Shown: positions 1 to 13,803, numbered from the stretch's first letter. The stretch is 64,000 bases of DNA from Eledone cirrhosa (GCA_964016885.1 OZ024740.1:76508001-76572000); one strand, 5' to 3'. The notes: generated from the sequence alone by a model not told the origin. Made by a program: numbers and translations.

Positions 1-190
1 ATTCGCTGAAAGGTGGGTGAATGTGGCGAAAATGGCCCGAGTGAATGGGCCTTCTCTGTATATAAACCTGTAGGTTGAGGAAGATAAACAGAGGGAAGAC
101 AGGAACACCTACAAAACGTGTTCCTGGTTTTGAGGGTTGTTCTATTCACGGGGTGTAAAACAACCCTGCAGTAACGTTGCCCCCCTATTG
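1..190 (+). mobile_element. 3' end remnant of an L1/Tx1-like LINE (ORF C-terminus FAERWVNVAKMARVNGPSLYINL*)
   Basis: Homologous to 51677-52005 (minus), which encodes FVERWVREARMARVNGPTLSMCL*; shared core aatggcccgagtgaatgggcct. Clade assignment is inferred from the F..RW terminus. Confidence 0.5.
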
Positions 191-253
191 GGGATTTCAA
201 TTGTTATTTTATTATATATAATTTATTGTTATTTGTTAATTATGTAACTATAC

Positions 254-296
254 AACCTCGGGACGAAGTTCTAGCGGCTGAAACACGTGTTAGTTT
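254..296 (+). ncRNA. Decayed minimal hammerhead motif
   Basis: ggacga-agttctagcggct-GAAA-cacgtg-TT: palindromic helix III and GAAA intact, CUGA box mutated. Confidence 0.35.
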
Positions 297-420
297 AAAA
301 ACGTATTAATTATTTGGTGCTATTTATAAACATGTTTCAGCTCTGCGTTAATCCCATTGCATTTGAACACCTCTGGTAATGTTTCAACCCAATAATAACA
401 ATACTGTTATTATTATTTAT

Positions 421-532
421 AATCCCGCCGAGGTTAACTTTGCCTTTCGTCCTTATGGGGTCGATAAAATAAAGTACCAGTAATACTCTGGGTTAATTGC
501 TGGCCTTGTGCCAAAAGTAGAAACAATTATTT
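421..532 (+). mobile_element. SINE family 1, 3' half
   Basis: aatcccgccgaggttaactttgccttt...gtcgataaaataaagtaccag...ggccttgtgcc...gtagaaacaatt, repeated more than 10 times in the window. Confidence 0.8.
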
Positions 533-583
533 ATATTATATATATATATTTACACACACACGCATATAATATATATATATATA

Positions 584-644
<61 letters not shown>

Positions 645-650
<6 letters not shown>

Positions 651-1169
651 ATACTTTGGGAGGGTCATGTTGCTAATAAGAAACACACGCACCAGTTGCT
701 TTCACTTCAATTTATTTTAAATTAAATTTATAAATTTAGGAATTTATAAATTTCCGGTTGGTTGGTTGATTCCACAACCAGATGATTGTTCATATATTGT
801 CAAAGTTCTTTCGTCACACATTCTGTGACCTCTTCAGTGACTGGGGATCCTTTTCTTTGTTTTTGTGCCTCTCCTTTGTAGGACATAACAAAGGAGAGGC
901 ACAAAATCAAAGAAAAGAATCCCCAGTCACTGAAGAGGTCACAGAAAGAACTTTGACAATATATGAACAATCATCTGGTTGTGGAACCAACCAACCAACC
1001 GGAAATTTATAAATTCCTAAATTTATAAATTTCATTTATAATAAATTGAAGTGAAAGCAACTGGTGCGTGTGTTTCTTATTGGCAACATGACCCTGCCAA
1101 AGTATAACAATATCGGTTTCAACACACGTTTTCAGATAAAGAATCTTGCTAAACAAATTCAGAAACGAA

Positions 1170-1170
<1 letters not shown>
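645..1170 (+). mobile_element. Asymmetric fold-back HHR module (Penelope pLTR-like), family H1
   Basis: Inverted arms ~645-879/888-1113, unpaired tail ~1114-1170, (TA)n on both sides; second copy at 18779-19152. Confidence 0.8.
799..841 (-). ncRNA. Type I hammerhead ribozyme
   Basis: gtca-CTGAAGA-g gtcaca gaatg tgtgac-GAAA-gaac-TT-tgac; helix I gtca/tgac, helix II gtcaca/tgtgac. The right-arm copy has lost half of helix II. Confidence 0.75.
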
Positions 1171-1200
<30 letters not shown>

Positions 1201-2182
1201 GAATCAAGGGAATGCAAGCATAGAAAATATCTTTAAATAAATTCTTTTAAATTCACTTTATTTACTGTATGTTCCCTTCCCACGGTTTCAAATCCCAAAC
1301 GAATAGATAATCCAAGCGGATTTTTATTGAGAAAGAGATTATCGAATATAAAATTCCCGAGTTAAAATTACAAACTGGTGCCATTCCAAACTACCTCAGA
1401 ATGAGAGCAAATGAATGATAAAGCAGTTTTGTCATGGTACCGTGTGCAAAGGCAAAAGCACGGTGGACAGGTCAATCCTGCACTGCTAAAAAAATATATA
1501 TATTACGTGTTCCAGTCGACAGGCACCACCATTCATGCTACGCTTTCTACAGCCAGCTTTCCTTGGTTGGCCATTGATTCAAAAGGGAGTTTGTGCTGCT
1601 GCCCTTATTTGCGCTTCGTCTCGAGCTGTGGGTTCTTCCAGGATCTTGGTCAACAGCATATATATATAATGGAAGGTTTTAGGAGTGTGTATAAAGATTG
1701 ATGTAGTTTACAAAGGCCACTACAACGCATACCATCTATAATATAGTTGAATAAAATCATATTATTCCTGGAGAAGGATAAAAAAGTGAATAGATTGGCC
1801 TGTGGAAACTGAACAACAGTACAGGGGTGTGCCAGAAGAAGGCCGTGTTACCATTACATAAGAATAAATCTGCCTCTTGTTTCCGTTAATTTAAAGCTCA
1901 TATCTTTTAATTAAAATCTTAATATGTCGACAATGAAGGCTTTGGGAGCGTGTAATAAGGTATTCGCTGTAGCAGCTTTACTAAAAAGCAAAGCACACTC
2001 TTAAACAAGGTTTAGAGCATAATACCTATGCAAATCTCTTAAACGGATGCAGATGTAGATATGACATGATCACAGAGAGGCTTTTGCACATTTATAATAC
2101 TTAAACATATTGTATATGGAATCCTATATGCCTCTATTTTCTAGCTCGTTGCCTTAGTGCTACTGCTGATTGCTATTAACCT

Positions 2183-2387
2183 GTGGATTGGCAGAATCGC
2201 TAGAGGGTCGGAGGCCATGCTTTGCAGCATAGAGTTACGGCCCTTTATGATCTGAGTTCAAATCCCGCTGAGGTTAACTTTGCCTTTCATCCTTACAGGG
2301 TCGATAAAATAAAGTACCAATGACGGTCAATTTAATCGACTTTCCCCTCCCCAAATATTGCTGGCCTTGTGCCTATATAAGAAACCA
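2183..2387 (+). mobile_element. SINE family 1, near full length (tRNA-derived)
   Basis: A-box-like tggcagaatcg, B-box gagttcaaatccc, family body and tail. Confidence 0.8.
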
Positions 2388-3172
2388 CTGTTGTACTATA
2401 TGTAAATGAGCCGTCATGAAAATGACTCATCTACAAAATCAAGTTTAAGTTATGAACTTCAACACCTCAGTATATCTAACGATGAATGATAATAATATTG
2501 AAATATATATATATAAACTCCCTTACACGTGTACTGAAGTAGCTTTAACACGGTCACATTGTCATTGCGACCTAATGATTAAAATGACCATTAGTTAAAT
2601 CTGTTCGATATTTCATAGATTATGTAATCTGGGTATAAAGCTATCGATACCAAGCTGGTTTTCATATTGAAAATATTTTTATAATAAATCTAGCACTGAG
2701 TAATTAATTAGAATAAGATAGTATTTTACTGATGAGAGAGTAGGGAATCAAATTCTAGAGTGTAGGATTAATTACTTGTGATAACAATAACCAGTTGATA
2801 ACATTATCTCTGATTATAATAAATATTTTCACTGTATATCTTAAGTGATATTTCTAGCTAGGTAACTTTGTATTTCATGTGGAAAGAAGCACATTGACAC
2901 ATGTTATAAATCGTATTTAATGTCATCGTGACCGCAAGAATGCAAATCGAAACCAGCACATTAAATGCATGGTAATTTTATACCCGACCTACTAGCTCCT
3001 ATGCGACCAGCGAGGAGGATTCTCAGAGATCGTTCTACTTACTAGAAATACCAACTAAATGCAACTCAAATCATAGTCCTACCAACTATATGCTACTACA
3101 ATATACCGAAAAAATATATTGTTATGAAATATATGCATATATATATATATATATATATATATTTAATGTAGG

Positions 3173-3772
<600 letters not shown>

Positions 3773-3853
3773 TAACTATAAAGGATGCAGCATTTAATTC
3801 CTATGTAGAGAAATCTTCAGAATCTTCAGAATCTAATATTTATATAATATATA

Positions 3854-3982
<129 letters not shown>

Positions 3983-4079
3983 TATATATACACATATATA
4001 TATATATATATTATATATATATTATATATATATATATAAATATATATATATAATATATATATATATATGTAAATATAAA

Positions 4080-4226
<147 letters not shown>

Positions 4227-4261
4227 TTGAAAATTGTAAACTTCACTGTCACCACACATTA

Positions 4262-4300
4262 TGAACCTGAAGATTGCGAAAGCATGAAAGTACTTGTTCA
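4262..4300 (+). ncRNA. Intact minimal type I hammerhead in a ~190-bp module between (TA)n tracts
   Basis: tgaac-CTGAAGA-t tgc gaaa gca t-GAAA-gtac-TT-gttca; helix I tgaac/gttca, helix II with GAAA tetraloop, palindromic helix III. Confidence 0.8.
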
Positions 4301-4434
4301 ATTAACACTTAACATTTAATATTCTATCATACTATTTCATTATAATACCATTATAAATTTTAAAGGATTGTAAATAAAACGAGTAAATCAGATAAAGTTG
4401 GAATTCCTCTTATTAATATATATATATATACACA

Positions 4435-4519
<85 letters not shown>

Positions 4520-4547
4520 TCCACAATGCTTCAAGCAAACTTCAATA

Positions 4548-4610
<63 letters not shown>

Positions 4611-4893
4611 TCACATATATGCACGGACGTACAGTCACATACACACATACATAGAAAGGCACACATGCATATATATATCAACATTTGTAAATAAACCATC
4701 GGAGCATCAAGTAAGTTGAAATTCTTGGAAAATCTCGAATGCAGAATATCAGTGTGAGCACATTCTATTGCTATAACTAATAGCATAGAAAATCGTGTAT
4801 AGTGATATTTTACCCGATTTACTAAGCTATTAATTATAGCAATCGTCAGTGTTAATAGTTAATTTCAGTGTTAGAGAATTTTACATTTCCTAA

Positions 4894-4936
<43 letters not shown>

Positions 4937-4938
<2 letters not shown>

Positions 4939-5112
4939 ATGTCAGGTGGACCATAACGCACCGGAGTACTCAATACTTAGAGTAGTAGAGTGGGTAATAG
5001 GAAAAGAGTCATGACCCCGACGGTTGAGCTCGGGTCATTTCGTCAGCTAGATCCGAACTAGCTGACGAAACGACCGGAGCTCAACCGTCGGGGTCCTGAA
5101 TATTTTCCTATA
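4937..5112 (-). mobile_element. Asymmetric fold-back module, family H2
   Basis: Arms ~4997-5050/5058-5112 (gaccccgacgg...ccgtcggggtc), ~60-nt unpaired tail, (TA)n flanks; homologues at 16085-16237 and 23170-23312. Confidence 0.75.
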
Positions 5113-5234
5113 TATATATATATATATATTAACATAACAGATTAAAGTTTAAGCAAAGAATCGCAGCTTTCACCCTTAACGGGATCTTCTTAAACTAAAA
5201 AAATCAATCTGTGAACGCAAGAGAAGAATAACGC

Positions 5235-5720
5235 TTGAATGGGTGAAAAGGTATATAACATCATGAAGAGTCACAAGGCCACCATGAGTATAAAGCGGAA
5301 AATCTCCAGCGAGCACATCTTGCCTGTGATGAGGTATAGCAGTGAGACCTGGGCGTGGAATAATACCATGAAGAACATCATGTTGGGCATTACGCTGCGT
5401 GACAAGAGGAAGAACACTTGGATCCGACAACAGACAGGAGACAGCGACATAATAACAACCATCAAGACGAACAAACATAGATGGGATTAACAAACATATC
5501 TGGCGACACAGTGACAACAGATGGACAATCAGAGTGACAGTGGACACCAAGAGAATGGACAAAATCAAAGAGACGTCCAAGGACAAGATGACGAGACGAC
5601 CTCACCAACCACCTGGGACCCTCATGACCAAGGCTGGAAAGGGACAGAATCAGTGGAGGGAGTCCACGTAGGGGTTCCTCCTCCGTGAGTGATTTCAAGA
5701 CCCTGGATCAAGATGTATAG
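5235..5720 (+). mobile_element. RTE-clade LINE 3' fragment (decayed)
   Basis: ILPVMRYSSETW...MLGITLRDKRKNTWIRQQT...KHRW motif typical of RTE C-termini; homologue at 29890-30135. Confidence 0.8.
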
Positions 5721-6324
5721 ATAGATGGCTATATATCTACGACTATATATAGACACAGATTGTGTAATATGTTTACCAATATTTCAAAAAATTGGATGCA
5801 CTTCTCTTACGAAGCATGTGGAAGGGAATGAATATGGGTGTTGAATGATAGCAAAATTAGCACAACGAGGAGGACAAAAAGACATCAGACTTACATGCAC
5901 GGAAACGAACTCCCACATGTTTAAATTCAAATTCTACCGTTGCTTTCTTGAGTGGTATACTTAATCTGTTACCCAGCTTAACACAACCAGCGTCTAGCCC
6001 ATGATTATTTTTCGAAAGTCCACTTCAATGCAAGTATTCGTACTAAGTTTCTGTTCCCCGGACACCTCTCTACCTCTCACCGATTTTGGAGACCATGAAA
6101 AGTGTCGTGGATACTGCTACTCCGTCTCTAACTAAAATATTAAGAAATTATTTTAGTGATTCCTGTTAATGTTCTGAATGTAAATTCTGCGGGTTTTAGT
6201 GAAGTTTGGTGTTGCCATATTTAATGCTAGAAATGTGATTGTTGATTTTTGGCTGTGATTAACACTGCGTCACCAAAGACTATACTAATTTCTGCAAAAA
6301 TGTTTTTTATAACAGTACAAATAT

Positions 6325-6458
6325 AATGATTTCTACTATAGGCACAAGGCCAGCAATTTGGGGGAGCGGGCAAAATCGATTAAATCAAACCCAGTGCCTG
6401 ACTGGTACTTTATTTTAACGATCCCGTAAGGATGAAAGCCAAAGCTAACCTCAGTGGA
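6325..6458 (-). mobile_element. SINE family 1, 3' half
   Basis: Reverse complement of the family body; interrupts a segment that recurs uninterrupted at ~6794-6893. Confidence 0.75.
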
Positions 6459-6543
6459 TAATAAAAATGTTATTCTGCTGCTCAGAAATAATTATTAACT
6501 GAGCAAAATACAATATTAGGTCAATTACAAACATGATCCATAT

Positions 6544-6951
6544 CAGGGGCGGTGAATATATGGCTTGCCTGCTCAAAATGATACTCGAAATATTTAATTG
6601 ACACGTGAGAGGTATAACTTTTCGTTAGTGATTTTATTCAAACAATATTGGCAACTATTAGTTGTTCAGTTATCACTTCGGGAGTGAAAATGTGGGCGCA
6701 GTAATAAACTGTTTAAAAAATGCTCATTGGTAATAACTGCCAAGGTGGTAATATATGTACTATTTTGATTTGGGAGCTTTACTGATATTTCCTGTGATTA
6801 ATAATGAGTCACCAAAAACTATACAAACTTATTTAAGAATGTTTTATAAGGATAGAAGTATAATAAAAAAAATAATTATCTGCTGCTCAAAATTCCCATT
6901 GGGTACATGAAGGGAAAAGGGCACTTACTATCAAAAAAGTTCGCCACCCCG
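6544..6951. mobile_element. Old hAT-type MITE
   Basis: Termini caggggcggtgaa / ttcgccaccccg; imperfect 8-bp TSD atccatat / atctttat. Confidence 0.55.
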
Positions 6952-8525
6952 ATCTTTATAATATTATTCCGCTTGTTTCTACCAATATTCATGACATATT
7001 TGATTCGGTTTCTACAATGGCGGTGTCAGTATTGGTTGAGTGTGAGTTAAACCTTATGAACATTGAAACTATTGAAGACGATGTATGGTGTAATTTAAGG
7101 AAAATTTGGTTCGAATATTTAACAGTGACCACATGAAAGAAGGAAGGGATCATATTTGTTAGCAATGGTTATACAAATACATAAGAACATGCAGCGATGC
7201 ATCTATGTTGAGAACAATAATTAATCCTTAATCTCTCAGGTATGGCTATACAGCATATATTAAATTATTCATTCGATTTTAGGGTCGAAATGTTATTTCT
7301 TCTTGATAAGGTCTTTTAAGGATTTCTTTAGCGGGTGTTTCAAAGTTTTAATGTGGGAGAGATAACAGCCAATGGGTACATGTATCACTATCAATAGAGC
7401 ATGGACTCTTTCTTTAACAGTATTGTATTTTCTGCTGTAATTCTTTTTCATTGCATAATTATTGCTTAGAAGAAGGACAGCGTCCTTGACCTTTATTGAA
7501 AAGGCCCACGATTTTAGCGGAAAAGGTGAAGAAAACAAAGTAGGAAACCACACATTAACATATCAAAGAACGGAGACGTAGCATAAATTCTTCCAAAACG
7601 TTGTGTGTTGTGTTTTGGATCTCCGTCGGTTCGGACGAAACAATCCCGTTCCTTAAATTAATGCGCATGTGACTAAGCATTCAATAGACACGTGCACCCT
7701 ACAACCGCAACTTAGTTCTCGGATAGATTCAAGGAGACACGGTGTGTGAAAAGCTGAGTGGACAAGAACAACGTGAAATAAAGTTGTCCAATGACACAAT
7801 GTGTAGCAAGGAACAAAATAAACTAACCCCTAAGCCACACGCCATCACATCTATAATAAAAGTCCTTAAGATGGGTGTTAACTATTAAGTGTAATATATG
7901 ACGATAGCTCTGTGTAGCGGGCTAAGTTACAGCAATTAATGAATGAATTAGTATAAGGACTTTTCTTCGTTCGGGTGACGTAGTTTTACTGAAATTTAAA
8001 TTTGTCATAAAATTAAATGTAATTAATAATTGCAAGGTAAGGAAAAAAAATTGTTTTTTCCGGAAAATAAAATGATTTCGCAGTTCCACATAAATTGTAT
8101 ACACCAATCCACCGATCCATACACGCACACAAACACACACACGCACCGATCCATACACGCACACAAACACACACACGCTCTCCCTCACACACACGCACTC
8201 CCTCACACACACACACACCCATACACACACACGCACTCCCTCACACACACACACGCACACACACACGCACACACACGCATTCACACACACGCACACACAC
8301 GCATTCACACAAATACCCCCCACATACACACGCACTGACCCCCACCCCCACACACGCGCACTACATAACACACACACATGCACTCACGCACACACACACA
8401 TATGGTTGGGTTTGCAATGACTAGGAAATAATGCACAATACCAAAACAGAGGCTATTGTATATTTTTAATATGTTACGGAGATTACTCCCAGTCGATAAA
8501 CACACACACACACCTACACACACAC

Positions 8526-8592
<67 letters not shown>

Positions 8593-8607
8593 CATGTGTG
8601 TGTGTAG

Positions 8608-8673
<66 letters not shown>

Positions 8674-8678
<5 letters not shown>

Positions 8679-8968
8679 TGGCTTAGTGGTTAGAGCATTG
8701 GCCTTGCAATTGAAAGGTTGTGACTTCAATTCTCAGACCGGGTGATGTGTTGTTTCCTTGAGCAAGACACTTTATTTCACATTGTTCCAATTTACTCAGC
8801 TGTAGAGTGGTCGTGGAGGTGCCACGGCAAAAAAGCACCCAGCACTCATTGTAAATGAGGTTGGTGTTAGGAAGGGCATCCAGCTGTAGAAATCAAGCCA
8901 GAATCAGTTCCTGTCCCACGCTTGCAAGCAGCGAAAAACGGACGTAAAATGAAATGATGATGATGATA
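8674..8968 (+). mobile_element. SINE family 2 (tRNA head, central domain, (GAT)n tail)
   Basis: tggcttagtggttagagc head; ccttgagcaagacactttatttcac; ttaggaagggcatccagctgtagaaa; tail atgatgatgat. Confidence 0.75.
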
Positions 8969-9224
8969 TATATATATATATATATATCACATATATTTTA
9001 TTTGTTTGACCCGAATTACTTGGTCGTTTTTTGTGGCTGTGCGGATGATTGTATAACCATCGTCTCAGTGTGTTTGGCCTTTAACGTATGTTGTAGCTCT
9101 GGTTCATCTGAATCATTGAGCGCTTGCCACACATCTCGGAAGTTGTTTTTCGTTAATTCCTAAGCCGAAATACGATTCTCGCTAATTTATATTTATATAT
9201 ATATAGACATATATATATAGAGAC

Positions 9225-9432
<208 letters not shown>

Positions 9433-9885
9433 ACATATTCAACGGAAATTCTTCTTGTGCTTTGACAAGACTTTTAATCAGAATGGTTCCAAGGAGTGTA
9501 TCAAGTGCAATGTTGGGGGTGTTATTTCCTGTTTGATATATTTTCTTGAAACCCATACATCTAAGATCGCATTAAAACACACACATATATTCTCATATAC
9601 ATAAATACACGTATACATATATATATATGTGCACACATAGTTATGTATATGCGTTTTAATTGTTTTATGCGTATATATATACATCTATACATATGCAAAT
9701 CTCTCACTCTCTCTCTCCCTCTCTCTCCCTCTCTTTCTCACTTGCTCTTTCTCATGTATATGCACATGTATATACATACACATATATATACACATAAACA
9801 TACACACACACACATATATATTTATACATATATATATGTATATATATATATATAAATATATATAAATATATATAAATATATATAT

Positions 9886-9958
<73 letters not shown>

Positions 9959-10422
9959 CATTATATATACGTGTGTATGTATGTATTTGCATGTGTATGT
10001 ATAGAGAGAAGGGGAGAGAGGGGAGAGAGAAAAGGAGACAAATATAGAGAAAGAAGGAGAGAGAGAAGGGGGAGAAGGGGGGTAAACTATAAACTTGAGC
10101 AGTAAGGCTAGAGTGAGTGCTGGCACAGGATGGGATGAATTTCTACAAAAGTGACCAAATGCAGACGTGTGAATATATATGATGGCGTTCCCTTTTCAAA
10201 TTGAAACATTTTGAAATGTTTACGGTGTGTCTTTCTATAGTTCTATAGTTTCCTGTCTCCGCCTACAATTGCTTACATTAATTTTACGAAGTCAAATTTC
10301 TATGAATTACAGATTTCTTGATACTAGATTTTTGTGTATTTTTAAAAGTTTATTATTTATGATTAAATACTTTATTCCACGTTCCCCCAGTCCACAAATA
10401 AGTTGTACCTGTAATTCAATAG

Positions 10423-10606
10423 CAGACCTGCCAACCTCTAAAAACCTAAACAACGAGTACCATAAAAATAAGTACTCCAAAACAGGGAGAAATGAGAAGA
10501 TTTTATATAACGAAAACTATACCCATTTTCTCAATAAAAAACATCTCTCTATCACCCCAAAGTGGGTGGGGATCTCCCCGTCGGACGGGGAGAGTTGACA
10601 GGTCTG
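10423..10606. mobile_element. hAT-like MITE
   Basis: TIR cagacctgccaac / gttgacaggtctg; caatag on both flanks; inverted homologue at 13611-13803. Confidence 0.7.
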
Positions 10607-10754
10607 CAATAGGCCAGTCTTGTTACAGACTGTGCCACTGAATTTCACGGAGAACTACGTTAACGCACTATTCAGGCAGAATCAACGGAACACATTTATT
10701 TGGCCAAAGCTGGATCTTTGAATCACAATTATAATCCATTCAACGGGCTCCTGC

Positions 10755-10895
10755 AGAGTTTCCATCTACCAAATTTCATTGACAAGGCTTGAGTTGACCC
10801 GTGGCTATGGCAAAATGAAAAACCTGCCCAAGATTCAACGTAGTGGGATCTAACATGGGCCTTGTATTGCAAAGCTAAATTCTAACCCAATCCGC
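10755..10895 (-). mobile_element. Old tRNA-derived SINE 5' part
   Basis: agtttccatctaccaaatt...cctgcccaag...agtgggatc; homologue at ~39930-40065. Confidence 0.55.
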
Positions 10896-11044
10896 TGTGC
10901 TTCATCCATAATTCCATACGTTATCCTTAGCAAAACTCAATATCTGTCAATATGTATGCAAAACGTAAACAGAAATAACAAAGCAAACGACGAAGTACAT
11001 TGAAGAAATATATTTGTTTAACGCTTGAAAAAGCAGGAAAAATG

Positions 11045-11079
11045 CTTAACTTTTCGAACACTCGTCCTTCATCAGAAGA
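11045..11079 (-). ncRNA. Minimal hammerhead, family H3 (module ~10965-11180)
   Basis: ctt-CTGATGA-a ggac gagt gttc-GAAA-agT-T-aag; homologues at 20386-20421 and 39318-39353. Confidence 0.65.
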
Positions 11080-11556
11080 TTGAGTTATAAATAGAAGATC
11101 TAATAGAAAGATCAAGAGTGAGAAAAGGAAGAAACGAGGAAAAATGGGGGGGGGGGGGATGAGGAACGAACACATGTGTGTATTCAGTCCGCAATATAGT
11201 CTTCAGTATATATAAAACAATTTGTTTCAATGTGGAATTGAAATCGTATCGCCATCTCAGTGTATCAGAAAACATAATGATTAAACAGACGTATCATAAA
11301 ATGCTTTCCAGCCAAGATCCTCTTGTCGCTTTTTCTGACAAAATGTACACAGGATTACATTACTCAATGTATCCTGCCATTTCGAAGAGAGTTGGGTGTA
11401 CGACTTGGCTGTTATTTCTAGTGGGATGAGTGATAATGTCCATGGTTTCCAAGTTTGCTTGTCCGTATAACGATGATTTGTTATGTACCATTTTTCAAAC
11501 AGCAAGATGAAAATAATGTACAATGATTTTGAATAATAGAGAATATACATTGATAA

Positions 11557-13335
11557 CACCGTGTAACAATTTTTTTTGTTTCCCGGTTCTAAGTGTCATT
11601 TACTGGTTTGTTATATCCCATTATTATAAAAAACACTATTATTTAATCAGAAGTTTGGGTTTGTGGTCAGGAGTTTGATATTTCGAAATTTTCATATTTT
11701 TCAAGAAAAAACACATTTAAAAAAAATTTATCAGTTCATATAATTAAATCAACAGAGTATATATTTATTTTATTACACAAGCTTATCAAAAGCAAACAAG
11801 TAAAAACAAATAACACTTATAAAGCAACTTGTACACGTCAGAAATGACTGGATTTCCTGGATTTGCGGTTGTAGTCCAGGTCGCATTCCCGCACTAGCCC
11901 CAGATATAGTCCCCCATCATTTTTTCATTGTAGTGGCTCTGGTACCTTCGCTCTATCTCTTTCACCTCTTGGTGGAATCGTTCGCCTTGTTCTTCTGAGT
12001 AGGCGCCCATATTGTCCTTGAATTTTTCCAGGTGAGCGTCCATCATATGGAGTTTAAGCGACATCCTGCATCCCATGGCGCCAAAAGCCTTTATCAGATC
12101 CTGCACCAGTTGATGGTAGTTTTCAGCTCTGTAGTTTCCCAGAAAGCCCTTAACAACTGCCTTGAAACAGTTCCATGCTGTTCTCTCAATCCTATTGAGC
12201 TTAGTGGAGAACTCGGTAGACTCAAACACCTTTTTTATCTGAGGTCCAACAAAAATTCCGTCTTTGATTTTGGCCTCAGATAACTTGGGGAAGAACTCAA
12301 GAAGGTACTTAAAAGCGGCTGATTTTTGGTCGAGAGCCTTCACAAACTGCTTCATCAACTCCAACTTAATGTGCAGTGGCGGCATGAGCACAATCCTGGG
12401 ATCAACCAGTGGCTCCCACATGACGTTCCGGGTCCCAACTACAAATTCTGTTCGCTGCTCCCAGTTCTTTCTTTTGTAGTGGTCAGAGGTGGCTCTGCTG
12501 TCCCAAAGGCAGAGGAAGCATTGGAATTTGATAAAGCCTCCTTGGCGTCCAAGCAAGAAAGCCACCATCTTGAAGTCTCCAATGATTTCCCAATTGTACT
12601 GGTTGTATTGCAGAGCTCCCAAGAGGACTTTCACACTGTAGTAATCTTCCCTTAGGCAGACTGAATGAGCTAGGGGCAGTGTCGGGAACTTGTTTCTATT
12701 GTGGAGGAGGACAGCCTTCAAACTTGTGTTGGAGCTGTTTATAAATAGCCGCCACTCCTTGGGCACAAACGGCACCCCAATAACGCCAAACAGTCCAGGC
12801 ACGTCATGGCAGAAGCAGAGGCCATCCCTAAGATTGTAAAAGTCTGAGAAAGGTTCGTGTCGACTTCTCTGACTTGTCACCTGCACTTCCTCCTTGACCA
12901 AGTTCTACTGCTTCATCCTGGAGACGAATAGCTCTGCATTGGACTTGGTCAGACCCATATCCCTGACCAAGTCATTGGCTTCTTTTGGATTTAGGAAGTG
13001 ACGAACTTTTTCTGGTACCCCAGTATCAATAAATCTCTTTAATCCACTTTTTAACAATTTTATACTTTATTGCACTTTTATAATTTTCTTTAGGTATTAC
13101 TCTCTATTTTATAATTTTAATTTAACCTGAAACATATATAAAAAGAAATCATTTAACATAAGCAAATTAAACTTACATACAACGTAAAATCCTGCATACA
13201 AATAATTCTAGTGAATAGCTTAGAATTTTTACAAACCCAAACTTTTAACTGTTTAATAGCACTTTTTTATTTATTTATTTGGGACCCAAGCAACACAAAA
13301 AAACGTGATTACAGAGAAAATAAAAGTTTGTTACA
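11557..13335 (-). mobile_element. CMC/Chapaev3 DNA transposon, internally deleted
   Basis: Terminus taa|caccgtgtaacaa; ~110-bp imperfect TIR (aagtttgggtttgt / acaaacccaaactt; ttgttaca at ~13328); carries the transposase below. Confidence 0.7.
11894..13015 (-). pseudogene. Chapaev3-type transposase, C-terminal portion
   Basis: WRLFINSS..SLKAVLLH, GDFKMVAFLLG, CFLCLWDSRA, PPLHIKL.LMKQFVKAL, SEEQGERFHQ motifs. The frame continues upstream (DLVRDMGLTKSNAELFVSRMKQ) through one TAG; N-terminus missing; terminal frameshift. Confidence 0.8.
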
Positions 13336-13448
13336 TTAATTATAATTAATGTAAGACCATTCGGATCCAGCAAGTACCGAAACCAGGCCGAGGCTTAGTT
13401 CACCAGTTGCTTTTGTCAACGTATAACCCTAGTGCAAATAGTTATAAG

Positions 13449-13590
13449 CGGCAAATTGTAGAGTCCTTAAAATATCGGCTAGATTTCTTTCCGGTATTGG
13501 TTCAGTTTTCTGAGTTCAAATCCTGCCGAAGTCAACTTTGTTTTTCATTAGATCGAGGTCGTTAAAAAAAAGTACTAGTCTTTACTGGAG
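13449..13590 (+). mobile_element. SINE family 1, diverged
   Basis: ctgagttcaaatcctgccgaagtcaactttg...gaggtcgttaaaa. Confidence 0.65.
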
Positions 13591-13610
13591 CCTTTTCTTC
13601 CTCTATATCC

Positions 13611-13803
13611 AGACCTGTCAGCTCTCCCCGTTCAACGGGGAGATTTGCAATAGCCTTTGCGGTGGGTGACAGATGTCTTCTCTTGTGAAAATGGGTATAG
13701 CTTTCATTATGTAAAATCTCCCCATTTTGCCTCATTTCTCCCCGTTTTAAGGCACTTTTTTTTCATGATATTCTCGGTTTGGGATTTTAGAGGTTGTCAC
13801 TGT
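13611..13803. mobile_element. hAT-like MITE, inverted homologue of 10423-10606
   Basis: cagacctgtcagctctccccgt...ttttagaggttgtca. Confidence 0.65.

Noticed and set aside
1411-1701. 96-aa ORF / GC-richer island
   Set aside because: No recognisable domain; the minus strand has only a faint retroelement-like phrase (RDEAQIRAAA), too weak to call.
8674-8745. tRNA genes (also 29690-29760 and 46842-46915)
   Set aside because: A/B-box heads run straight into SINE bodies; no complete cloverleaf.
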